A DNA stretch of 64,000 nucleotides from Eledone cirrhosa. Its lineage: Eukaryota. Under the pieces are notes generated by a model. That model had not been told where the DNA came from, did no database searches, and was given only the letters and a program-made list of their open reading frames with translations. The DNA lies in contig OZ024744.1 in the NCBI GenBank assembly GCA_964016885.1, positions 2,046,001-2,110,000 of the forward strand, given 5' to 3'. Each line of letters starts with the position of its first letter. Within the stretch, counting starts at the first letter, position 1. The translations under genes and the position numbers were made by a program. Positions 27,501 to 39,569 of the stretch are shown here, one piece after another.

Positions 27501-29900
27501 CCTTGTCTTCCCACAAAACGTCGTTCTTCACCAAGCTATCTTTCTCTACCTTGTCTTCCCTAAAAACGTCGTTCTTCACCAAGCTATCTTTCTCTACCTT
27601 GTCTTCCCTCAAAACATCGTTCTTCACCAAGCTATCTTTCTCTACCTTGTCTTCTCCCAAAACTTCGTTATTCACCAAGCTATCTTTCTCTACCTTGTCT
27701 TCCCTCAAAACTTCGTTCTTCACCAAGCTATCTTTCTCTACCTTGTCTTCCCCCAAAACTTCGTTCTTCACCAAGCTATCTTTCTCTACCTTGTCTTCCC
27801 CCAAAACTTCGTTCTTCACCAAGCTATCTTTCTCTAGCTTGTCTTCACACAAAACTTCGTTCTTCACCAAGCTATCTTTCTCTACCTTGTCTTCTCCCAA
27901 AACTTCGTTATTCACCAAGCTATCTTTCTCTACCTTGTCTTCCCTCAAAACTTCGTTCTTCACCAAGCTATCTTTCTCTACCTTGTCTTCCCCCAAAACT
28001 TCGTTCTTCACCAAGCTATCTTTCTCTACCTTGTCTTCCCCCAAAACTTCGTTCTTCACCAAGCTATCTTTCTCTAGCTTGTCTTCACACAAAACTTCGT
28101 TCTTCACCAAGCTATCTTTCTCTACCTTGTCTTCCCACAAAACGTCATTCTTCACCAAGCTATCTTTCTCTACCTTGTCTTCCGTCAAAACTTCGTTCTT
28201 CACCAATATATCTTTCTGTACCTTGTCTTCTCCCAAAACTTCGTTCTTCACCAAGCTATCTTTCTCTACCTTGTCTTCCCTCAGAACTTCGTTCTTCACC
28301 AAGCTATCTTTCTCTACATTGTCTTCCCCAAAACTTCGTTCTTCACCAATCTATCTTTCTCTACCTTGTCTTCCCTCAAAACGTCGTTCTTCACCAAGCT
28401 ATCTTTCTCTACCTTGTCTTCTCCCAAAACTTCGTTATTCACCAAGCTATCTTTCTCTACCTTGTCTTCCCTCAAAACTTCGTTCTTCACCAAGCTATCT
28501 TTCTCTACCTTGTCTTCCCCCAAAACTTCGTTCTTCACCAAGCTATCTTTCTCTACATTGTCCTCCCCAAAACTTCGTTCTTCACCAAGCTATCTTTCTC
28601 TACCTTGTCTTCCCCCAAAACTTCGTTGTTCACCAAGCTATCTTTCTCTACCTTGTCTTCCCCCAAAACTTCGTTCTTCACCAAGCTATCTTTCTCTACC
28701 TTGTCTTCCCCCAAAACTTCGTTCTTCACCAAGCTATCTTTCTCTACCTTGTCTTCCCACAAAACTTCGTGCTTCACCAAGCTATCTTTCTCTACCTTGT
28801 CTTCCCACAAAACGTCGTTCATCACCAAGCTATCTTTCTCTACCTTGTCTTCCCTCAAAACTTCGTTCTTCACCAAGCTATCTTTCTCTACCTTGTCTTC
28901 CCCCAAAACTTCGTTCTTCACCAAGCTATCTTTCTCTACCTTGTCTTCCCCCAAAACTTCGTTCTTCACCAAGCTATCTTTCTCTACCTTGTCTTCCCCT
29001 AAAACTTCGTTCTTCACCAAGCTATCTTTCTCTAGCTTGTCTTCACACAAAACTTCGTTCTTCACCAAGCTATCTTTCTCTACTTTGTCTTCCCACAAAA
29101 CGTCATTCTTCACCAAGCTATATTTCTCTACCTTGTCTTCCGTCAAAACTTCGTTCTTCACCAAGCTATCTTTCTCCACCTTGTCTTCCCTCAAAACGTC
29201 GTTCTTCACCAAGCTATCTTTCTCTACCTTGTCTTCCCCCAAAACTTCGTTCTTCACCAAGCTATCTTTCTCTACCTTGTCTTCCCCCAAAACTTCGTTC
29301 TTCGCAAGCTATCTTTCTCTACCTTGTCTTCCCCCAAAACTTCGTTCTTCACCAAGCTATCTTTCTCTACCTTGTCTTCCCACAAAACGTCGTTCTTCAC
29401 CAAGCTATCTTTCTCTACCTTGTCTTCCCTAAAAACGTCGTTCTTCACCAAGCTATCTTTCTCTACCTTGTCTTCCCTCAAAACATCGTTCTTCACCAAG
29501 CTATCTTTCTCTACCTTGTCTTCTCCCAAAACTTCGTTATTCACCAAGCTATCTTTCTCTACCTTGTCTTCCCTCAAAACTTCGTTCTTCACCAAGCTAT
29601 CTTTCTCTACCTTGTCTTCCCCCAAAACTTCGTTCTTCACCAAGCTATCTTTCTCTACCTTGTCTTCCCCCAAAACTTCGTTCTTCACCAAGCTATCTTT
29701 CTCTAGCTTGTCTTCACACAAAACTTCGTTCTTCACCAAGCTATCTTTCTCTACCTTGTCTTCTCCCAAAACTTCGTTATTCACCAAGCTATCTTTCTCT
29801 ACCTTGTCTTCCCTCAAAACTTCGTTCTTCACCAAGCTATCTTTCTCTACCTTGTCTTCCCCCAAAACTTCGTTCTTCACCAAGCTATCTTTCTCTACAT
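24576..29900. repeat. 39-monomer HOR, period 1,869 bp, about 2.8 tandem copies here; other copies at 4260-6128, 11447-~14900 and 17389-19257
   Basis: ORFs at 24576/26445/28314 and 24815/26684/28553 are spaced 1869 = 39x48-3 apart. The same spacing holds for 4260/6129 and 11447/13316. Confidence 0.92.
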
Positions 29901-32900
29901 TGTCTTCCCCAAAACTTCGTTCTTCACCAAGCTATCTTTCTCTACCTTGTCTTCCCCCAAAACTTCGTTGTTCACCAAGCTATCTTTCTCTACCTTGTCT
30001 TCCCCCAAAACTTCGTTCTTCACCAAGCTATCTTTCTCTACCTTGTCTTCCCCCAAAACTTCGTTCTTCACCAAGCTATCTTTCTCTACCTTGTCTTCCC
30101 ACAAAACGTCGTTCTTCACCAAGCTATCTTTCTCTACCTTGTCTTCCCTCAAAACTTCGTTCTTCACCAAGCTATCTTTCTCTACCTTGTCTTCCCCCAA
30201 AACTTCGTTCTTCACCAAGCTATCTTTCTCTACCTTGTCTTCCCCCAAAACTTCGTTCTTCACCAAGCTATCTTTCTCTACCTTGTCTTCCCCCAAAACT
30301 TCGTTCTTCACCAAGCTATCTTTCTCTACCTTGTCTTCCCCCAAAACTTCGTTCTTCACCAAGCTATCTTTCTCTACCTTGTCTTCCCTCAGAACTTCGT
30401 TCTTCACCAAGCTATCTTTCTCTACCTTGTCTTCCCCCAAAACTTCGTTCTTCACCAAGCTATCTTTCTCTACATTGTCTTCCCCAAAACTTCGTTCTTC
30501 ACCAAGCTATCTTTCACGACCTTGTCTTCCCTCAAAACGTCGTTCTTCACCAAGCTATCTTTCTCTACCTTGTCTTCCGCCAAAACTTCGTTCTTCACCA
30601 AGCTATCTTTCTCTACCTTGTCTTCCCCCAAAACTTCGTTCTTCACCAAGCTATCTTTCTCTACCTTGTCTTCCCCCAAAACTTCGTTCTTCACCAAGTC
30701 ATCTTTCTCTACCTTGTCATCCCTCAAAACTTCGTTCTTCACCAATCTATCTTTCTCTATCTTGTCTCCTCCCAAAACTTCGTTCTTCACCAAGCTATCT
30801 TTCTCTACCTTGTCTTCCCTCAGAACTTCGTTCTTCACCAAGCTATCTTTCTCTACCTTGTCTTCCCCCAAAACTTCGTTCTTCACCAAGCTATCTTTCT
30901 CTACATTGTCTTCCCCAAAACTTCGTTCTTCACCAAGCTATCTTTCACGACCTTGTCTTCCCTCAAAACGTCGTTCTTCACCAAGCTATCTTTCTCTACC
31001 TTGTCTTCCCCCAAAACTTCGTTCTTCACCAAGCTATCTTTCTCTACCTTGTCTTCCCCCAAAACTTCGTTCTTCACCAAGCTATCTTTCTCTACCTCGT
31101 CTTCCCTCAAAACTTCGTTCTTCACCAAGCTATCTTTCTCTACCTTGTCTTCCCCCAAAACTTCGTTCTTCACCAAGCTATCTTTCTCTACCTTGTCTTC
31201 CCCCAAAACTTCGTTCTTCACCAAGCTATCTTTCTCTACCTTGTCTTCCCCTAAAACTTCGTTCTTCACCAGGCTATCTTTCTCTAGCTTGTCTTCACAC
31301 AAAACTTCGTTCTTCACCAAGCTATCTTTCTCTACCTTGTCTTCCCACAAAACGTCATTCTTCACCAAGCTATATTTCTCTACCTTGTCTTCCGTCAAAA
31401 CTTCGTTCTTCACCAAGCTATCTTTCTCCACCTTGTCTTCCATCAAAACGTCGTTCTTCACCAAGCTATCTTTCTCTACCTTGTCTTCCCCCAAAACTTC
31501 GTTCTTCACCAAGCTATCTTTCTCTACCTTGTCTTCCCTCAAAACTTCGTTCTTCACCAAGCTATCTTTATCTACCTTGTCTTCCTACAAAACGTCATTC
31601 TTCACCAAGCTATCTTTCTCTACGTTGTCTTTCGTCAAAACTTCGTTCTTCACCAAGATATCTTTCTCTACCTTGTCTTCCCACAAAACGTCGTTCTTCA
31701 CCAAGCTATCTTTCTCTACCTTGTCTTCCCTCAGAACTTCGTTCTTCACCAAGCTATCTTTCTCTACCTTGTCTTCTCCCAAAACTTCGTTATTCACCAA
31801 GCTATCTTTCTCTACCTTGTCTTCTCTCAAAACTTCGTTCTTCACCAAGCTATCTTTCTCTACCTTGTCTTCCCCCAAAACTTCGTTCTTCACCAAGCTA
31901 TCTTTCTCTACCTTGTCTTCCCCCAAAACTTCGTTCTTCACCAAGCTATCTTTCTCTACCTTGTCTTCCCCCAAAACTTCGTTCTTCACCAAGCTATCTT
32001 TCTCTACCTTGTCTTCCCCCAAAACTTCGTTCTTCACCAAGCTATCTTTCTCTACCTTGTCTTCCCCCAAAACTTCGTTCTTCACCAAGCTATCTTTCTC
32101 TAGCTTGTCTTCACACAAAACTTCGTTCTTCACCAAGCTATCTTTCTCTACCTTGTCTTCCCACAAAACGTCATTCTTCACCAAGCTATCTTTCTCTACC
32201 TTGTCTTCCGTCAAAACTTCGTTCTTCACCAAGATATCTTTCTGTACCTTGTCTTCTCCCAAAACTTCGTTCTTCACCAAGCTATCTTTCTCTACCTTGT
32301 CTTCCCTCAGAACTTCGTTCTTCACCAAGCTATCTTTCTCTACATTGTCTTCCCCAAAACTTCGTTCTTCACCAATCTATCTTTCTCTACCTTGTCTTCC
32401 CTCAAAACGTCGTTCTTCACCAAGCTATCTTTCTCTACCTTGTCTTCTCCCAAAACTTCGTTATTCACCAAGCTATCTTTCTCTACCTTGTCTTCCCTCA
32501 AAACTTCGTTCTTCACCAAGCTATCTTTCTCGACCTTGTCTTCTCCCAAAACTTCGTTATTCACCAAGCTATCTTTCTCTACCTTGTCTTCCCTCAAAAC
32601 TTCGTTCTTCACCAAGCTATCTTTATCTACCTTGTCTTCCTACAAAACGTCATTCTTCACCAAGCTATCTTTCTCTACGTTGTCTTTCGTCAAAACTTCG
32701 TTCTTCACCAAGATATCTTTCTCTACCTTGTCTTCCCACAAAACGTCGTTCTTCACCAAGCTATCTTTCTCTACCTTGTCTTCCCTCAGAACTTCGTTCT
32801 TCACCAAGCTATCTTTCTCTACCTTGTCTTCTCCCAAAACTTCGTTATTCACCAAGCTATCTTTCTCTACCTTGTCTTCCCTCAAAACTTCGTTCTTCAC

Positions 32901-35719
32901 CAAGCTATCTTTCTCTACCTTGTCTTCCCCCAAAACTTCGTTCTTCACCAAGCTATCTTTCTCTACCTTGTCTTCCCCCAAAACTTCGTTCTTCACCAAG
33001 CTATCTTTCTCTACCTTGTCTTCCCCCAAATCTTCGTTCTTCACCAAGACATCTTTCTCTACCTTGTCATCCCTCAAAACTTCGTTCTTCACCAATCTAT
33101 CTTTCTCTACCTTGTCTTCCCCCAAAACTTCCTTCTTCACCAAGCTATCTTTCTCTAGCTTGTCTTCACACAAAACTTCGTTCTTCACCAAGCTATCTTT
33201 CTCTACCTTGTCTTCCCACAAAACGTCATTTTTCACCAAGCTATCTTTCTCTACCTTGTCTTCCGTCAAAACTTCGTTCTTCACCAAGATATCTTTCTCT
33301 ACCTTGTCTCCTCCCAAAACTTCGTTATTCACCAAGCTATCTTTCTCTACCTTGTCTTCCCTCAGAACTTCGTTCTTCACCAAGCTATCTTTCTCTACCT
33401 TGTCTTCCCCCAAAACTTCGTTCTTCACCAAGCTATCTTTCTCTACATTGTCTTCCCCAAAACTTCGTTCTTCACCAAGCTATCTTTCACGACATTGTCT
33501 TCCCTCAAAACGTCGTTCTTCACCAAGCTATCTTTCTCTACGTTGTCTTCCGCCAAAACTTCGTTCTTCACCAAGCTATCTTTCTCTACCTTGTCTTCCC
33601 CCAAAACTTCGTTCTTCACCAAGCTATCTTTCTCTACCTTGTCTTCCCCCAAAACTTCGTTCTTCACCAAGTCATCTTTCTCTACCTTGTCATCCCTCAA
33701 AACTTCGTTCTTCACCAATCTATCTTTCTCTATCTTGTCTCCTCCCAAAACTTCGTTCTTCACCAAGCTATCTTTCTCTACCTTGTCTTCCCTCAGAACT
33801 TCGTTCTTCACCAAGCTATCTTTCTCTACCTTGTCTTCCCCCAAAACTTCGTTCTTCACCAAGCTATCTTTCTCTACATTGTCTTCCCCAAAACTTCGTT
33901 CTTCACCAAGCTATCTTTCACGACCTTGTCTTCCCTCAAAACGTCGTTCTTCACCAAGCTATCTTTCTCTACCTTGTCTTCCCCCAAAACTTCGTTCTTC
34001 ACCAAGCTATCTTTCTCTACCTTGTCTTCCCCCAAAACTTCGTTCTTCACCAAGCTATCTTTCTCTACCTCGTCTTCCCTCAAAACTTCGTTCTTCACCA
34101 AGCTATCTTTCTCTACCTTGTCTTCCCCCAAAACTTCGTTCTTCACCAAGCTATCTTTCTCTACCTTGTCTTCCCCCAAAACTTCGTTCTTCACCAAGCT
34201 ATCTTTCTCTACCTTGTCTTCCCCTAAAACTTCGTTCTTCACCAAGCTATCTTTCTCTAGCTTGTCTTCACACAAAACTTCGTTCTTCACCAAGCTATCT
34301 TTCTCTACCTTGTCTTCCCACAAAACGTCATTCTTCACCAAGCTATATTTCTCTACCTTGTCTTCCGTCAAAACTTCGTTCTTCACCAAGCTATCTTTCT
34401 CCACCTTGTCTTCCCTCAAAACGTCGTTCTTCACCAAGCTATCTTTCTCTACCTTGTCTTCCCCCAAAACTTCGTTCTTCACCAAGCTATCTTTCTCTAC
34501 CTTGTCTTCCCCCAAAACTTCGTTCTTCGCAAGCTATCTTTCTCTACCTTGTCTTCCCCCAAAACTTCGTTCTTCACCAAGCTATCTTTCTCTACCTTGT
34601 CTTCTCCCAAAACTTCGTTATTCACCAAGCTATCTTTCTCTACCTTGTCTTCCCTCAAAACTTCGTTCTTCACCAAGCTATCTTTCTCTACCTTGTCTTC
34701 CCCCAAAACTTCGTTCTTCACCAAGCTATCTTTCTCTACCTTGTCTTCCCCCAAAACTTCGTTCTTCACCAAGCTATCTTTCTCTAGCTTGTCTTCACAC
34801 AAAACTTCGTTCTTCACCAAGCTATCTTTCTCTACCTTGTCTTCCCACAAAACGTCATTCTTCACCAAGCTATCTTTCTCTACCTTGTCTTCCGTCAAAA
34901 CTTCGTTCTTCACCAAGATATCTTTCTGTACCTTGTCTTCTCCCAAAACTTCGGTCTTCACCAAGCTATCTTTCTCTACCCTGTCTTCCCTCAGAACTTC
35001 GTTCTTCACCAAGCTATCTTTCTCTACATTGTCTTCCCCAAAACTTCGTTCTTCACCAATCTATCTTTCTCTACCTTGTCTTCCCTCAAAACGTCGTTCT
35101 TCACCAAGCTATCTTTCTCTACCTTGTCTTCTCCCAAAACTTCGTTATTCACCAAGCTATCTTTCTCTACCTTGTCTTCCCTCAAAACTTCGTTCTTCAC
35201 CAAGCTATCTTTCTCTACCTTGTCTTCCCCCAAAACTTCGTTCTTCACCAAGCTATCTTTCTCTACATTGTCTTCCCCAAAACTTCGTTCTTCACCAAGC
35301 TATCTTTCTCTACCTTGTCTTCCCCCAAAACTTCGTTGTTCACCAAGCTATCTTTCTCTACATTGTCTTCCCCCAAAACTTCGTTCTTCACCAAGCTATC
35401 TTTCTCTACCTTGTCTTCCCCCAAAACTTCGTTCTTCACCAAGCTATCTTTCTCTACCTTGTCTTCCCACAAAACTTCGTGCTTCACCAAGCTATCTTTC
35501 TCTACCTTGTCTTCCCTCAAAACTTCGTTCTTCACCAAGCTATCTTTCTCTACCTTGTCTTCCCCCAAAACTTCGTTCTTCACCAAGCTATCTTTCTCTA
35601 CCTTGTCTTCCCCCAAACTTCGTTCTTCACCAAGCTATCTTTCTCTACCTTGTCTTCCCCCAAAACTTCGTTCTTCACCAAGCTATCTTTCTCTACCTTG
35701 TCTTCCCTCAAAACTTCGT

Positions 35720-38000
35720 TCTTCACCAAGCTATCTTTCTCGACCTTGTCTTCTCCCAAAACTTCGTTATTCACCAAGCTATCTTTCTCTACCTTGTCTT
35801 CCCTCAAAACTTCGTTCTTCACCAAGCTATCTTTATCTACCTTGTCTTCCTACAAAACGTCATTCTTCACCAAGCTATCTTTCTCTACCTTGTCTTTCGT
35901 CAAAACTTCGTTCTTCACCAAGATATCTTTCTCTACCTTGTCTTCCCACAAAACGTCGTTCTTCACCAAGCTATCTTTCTCTACCTTGTCTTCCCTCAGA
36001 ACTTCGTTCTTCACCAAGCTATCTTTCTCTACCTTGTCTTCCCCCAAAACTTCGTTCTTCACCAAGCTATCTTTCTCTACATTGTCTTCCCCAAAACTTC
36101 GTTCTTCACCAAGCTATCTTTCTCTACCTTGTCTTCCCCCAAAACTTCGTTCTTCACCAAGCTATCTTTCTCTACCTTGTCTTCCGACAAAACTTCGTTC
36201 TTCACCAAGCTATCTTTCTCTACCTTGTCTTCCCCCAAAACTTCGTTCTTCACCAAGCTATCTTTCTCTACATTGTCTTCCCCAAAACTTCGTTCTTCAC
36301 CAAGCTATCTTTCCCTACCTTGTCTTCCCTCAAAACGTCGTTCTTCACCAAGCTATCTTTCTCTACCTTGTCTTCTCCCAAAACTTCGTTATTCACCAAG
36401 CTATCTTTCTCTACCTTGTCTTCCCTCAAAACTTCGTTCTTCACCAAGCTATCTTTCTCTACCTTGTCTTCCCCCAAAACTTCGTTCTTCACCAAGCTAT
36501 CTTTCTCTACATTGTCTTCCCCAAAACTTCGTTCTTCACCAAGCTATCTTTCTCTACCTTGTCTTCCCCCAAAACTTCGTTGTTCACCAAGCTATCTTTC
36601 TCTACCTTCTCTTCCCCCAAAACTTCGTTCTTCACCAAGCTATCTTTCTCTACCTTGTCTTCCCCCAAAACTTCGTTCTTCACCAAGCTATCTTTCTCTA
36701 CCTTGTCTTCCCGCAAAACTTCGTTCTTCACCAAGCTATCTTTCTCTACCTTGTCTTCCCACAAAACGTCGTTCTTCACCAAGCTATCTTTCTCTACCTT
36801 GTCTTCCCTCAAAACTTCGTTCTTCACCAAGCTATCTTTCTCTACCTTGTCTTCCCTCAAAACGTCGTTCTTCACCAAGCTATCTTTCTCTACCTTGTCT
36901 TCTCCCAAAACTTCGTTATTCACCAAGCTATCTTTCTCTACCTTGTCTTCCCTCAAAACTTCGTTCTTCACCAAGCTATCTTTCTCTACCTTGTCTTCCC
37001 CCAAAATTTCGTTGTTCACCAAGCTATCTTTCTCTACCTTGTCTTCCCCCAAAACTTCGTTCTTCACCAAGCTATCTTTCTCGACCTTGTCTTCTCCCAA
37101 AACTTCGTTATTCACCAAGCTATCTTTCTCTACCTTGTCTTCCCTCAAAACTTCGTTCTTCACCAAGCTATCTTTATCTACCTTGTCTTCCTACAAAACG
37201 TCATTCTTCACCAAGCTATCTTTCTCTACCTTGTCTTTCGTCAAAACTTCGTTCTTCACCAAGATATCTTTCTCTACCTTGTCTTCCCACAAAACGTCGT
37301 TCTTCACCAAGCTATCTTTCTCTACCTTGTCTTCCCTCAGAACTTCGTTCTTCACCAAGCTATCTTTCTCTACCTTGTCTTCCCCCAAAACTTCGTTCTT
37401 CACCAAGCTATCTTTCTCTACATTGTCTTCCCCAAAACTTCGTTCTTCACCAAGCTATCTTTCTCTACCTTGTCTTCCCCCAAAACTTCGTTCTTCACCA
37501 AGCTATCTTTCTCTACCTTGTCTTCCCACAAAACTTCGTTCTTCACCAAGCTATCTTTCTCTACCTTGTCTTCCCCCAAAACTTCGTTCTTCACCAAGCT
37601 ATCTTTCTCTACATTGTCTTCCCCAAAACTTCTTTCTTCACCAAGCTATCTTTCTCTACCTTGTCTTCCCTCAAAACGTCGTTCTTCACCAAGCTATCTT
37701 TCTCTACCTTGTCTTCTCCCAAAACTTCGTTATTCACCAAGCTATCTTTCTCTACCTTGTCTTCCCTCAAAACTTCGTTCTTCACCAAGCTATCTTTCTC
37801 TACCTTGTCTTCCCCCAAAACTTCGTTCTTCACCAAGCTATCTTTCTCTACATTGTCTTCCCCAAAACTTCGTTCTTCACCAAGCTATCTTTCTCTACCT
37901 TGTCTTCCCCCAAAACTTCGTTGTTCACCAAGCTATCTTTCTCTACCTTCTCTTCCCCCAAAACTTCGTTCTTCACCAAGCTATCTTTCTCTACCTTGTC
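35720..38000. repeat. Partial tandem duplication, period 1,341 bp (28 monomers)
   Basis: ORF pairs 35850/37191, 36268/37609 and 36507/37848 have offset 1341 = 28x48-3. The rare variant accttctcttc is shared at ~36604 / ~37945. Confidence 0.8.
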
Positions 38001-39569
38001 TTCCCCCAAAATTTCGTTGTTCACCAAGCTATCTTTCTCTACCTTGTCTTCCCCCAAAACTTCGTTCTTCACCAAGCTATCTTTCTCTACCTTGTCTTCC
38101 CCCAAAACGTCGTTCTTCACCAAGCTATGTTTCTCTACCTTGTCTACCCACAAAACTTCGTTCTTCACCAAGCTATCTTTCTCTACCTTGTCTTCCCACA
38201 AAACGTCGTTCTTCACCAAGCTATCTTTCTCTACCTTGTCTTCCCTCAAAACTTCGTTCTTCACCAAGCAATTTTTCTCTACCTTGTCTTCCCCCAAACC
38301 TTCGTTCTTCACCAAGCTATCTTTCTCTACCTTGTCTTCCCCCAAAACTTCGTTCTTCACCAAGCTATCTTTCTCTACCTTGTCTTCCCTCAAAACTTCG
38401 TTCTTCACCAAGCTATCTTTCTCGACCTTGACTTCTCCCAAAACTTCGTTATTCACCAAGCTATCTTTCTCTACCTTGTCTTCCCACAAAACTTCGTTCT
38501 TCACCAAGCTATCTTTCTCTACCTTGTCTTCCCTCAAAACGTCGTTCTTCACCAAGCTATCTTGCTCTACATTGTCTTCCCCAAAACATCGTTCTTCACT
38601 AAGCTATCTTTCTCTACCTTGTCTTCCCCCAAAACTTCGTTCTTCACCAAGCTATCTTTCTCTACCTTGTCTTCCCCCAAAACTTCGTTCTTCACCAAGC
38701 TATCTTTCTCTACATTGTCTTCCCACAAAACGTCGTTCTTCACCAAGCTATCTTTCTCTATTTTGTCTTCCCTCAAAACGTCGTTCTTCACCAAGCTATC
38801 TTTCTCTACCTTGTCTTCCCTCAAAATTTCGTTCTTCACCAAGCTATCTTTCTCGACCTTGTCTTCTCCCAAAACTTCGTTATTCACCAAGCTATCTTTC
38901 TCTACCTTGTCTTCTCCCAAAACTTCGTTATTCACCAAGCTATCTTTCTCTACCTTGTCTTCCCTCAAAACTTCGTTCTTCACCAAGCTATCTTTCTCTA
39001 CCTTGTCTCCCCCCAAAACTTCGTTCTTCACCAAGCTATCTTTCTCTACCTTGTCTTCCCCCAAAACTTCGTTCTTCACCAAGCTATCTTTCTCTACCTT
39101 GTCTTCCCCCAAAACTTCGTTCTTCACCAAGTCATCTTTCTCTACCTTGTCATCCCTCAAAACTTCGTTCTTCACCAATCTATCTTTCTCTACCTTGTCT
39201 TCCCCCAAAACTACGTTCTTCACCAAGCTATCTTTCTCTAGCTTGTCTTCACACAAAACCTCGTTCTTCACCAAGCTATCTTTCTCTACCTTGTCTTCCC
39301 ACAAAACGTCATTCTTCACCAAGCTATCTTTCTCTACCTTGTCTTCTCCTAAAACTTCGTTCTTCACCAAGCTATCTTTCTCTACCTTGTCTTCCCTCAG
39401 AACTTCGTTCTTCACCAAACAATCTTTCTCTACCTTGTCCTCCCCCAAAACTTCGTTCTTCACCAAGCTATCTTTCTCTACCTTGTCTTCCCCCAAAACT
39501 TCGTTCTTCGCAAGCTATCTTTCTCTACCTTGTCTTCCGTCAAAACTTCGTTCTTCACCAAGATATCTT

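Larger units (their letters stand above)
3209..31286. repeat. Large near-identical tandem duplication: copy 1 ~3209-16337 (13,129 bp, 274 monomers); copy 2 ~16338-31286, carrying one extra 1,869-bp unit
   Basis: The ORF track repeats at offset 13129 (4260/17389, 6895/20024, 8859/21988, 13555/26684), then at 14998 = 13129+1869 (14274/29272, 14897/29895, 15472/30470). Private variants are shared at these offsets: cacagaaaa ~8392/21521, ccgctaaaa ~9302/22431, ccaggcta ~16271/31269. 13129 = 274x48-23, and 23 short monomers can be counted in copy 1. Confidence 0.92.
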
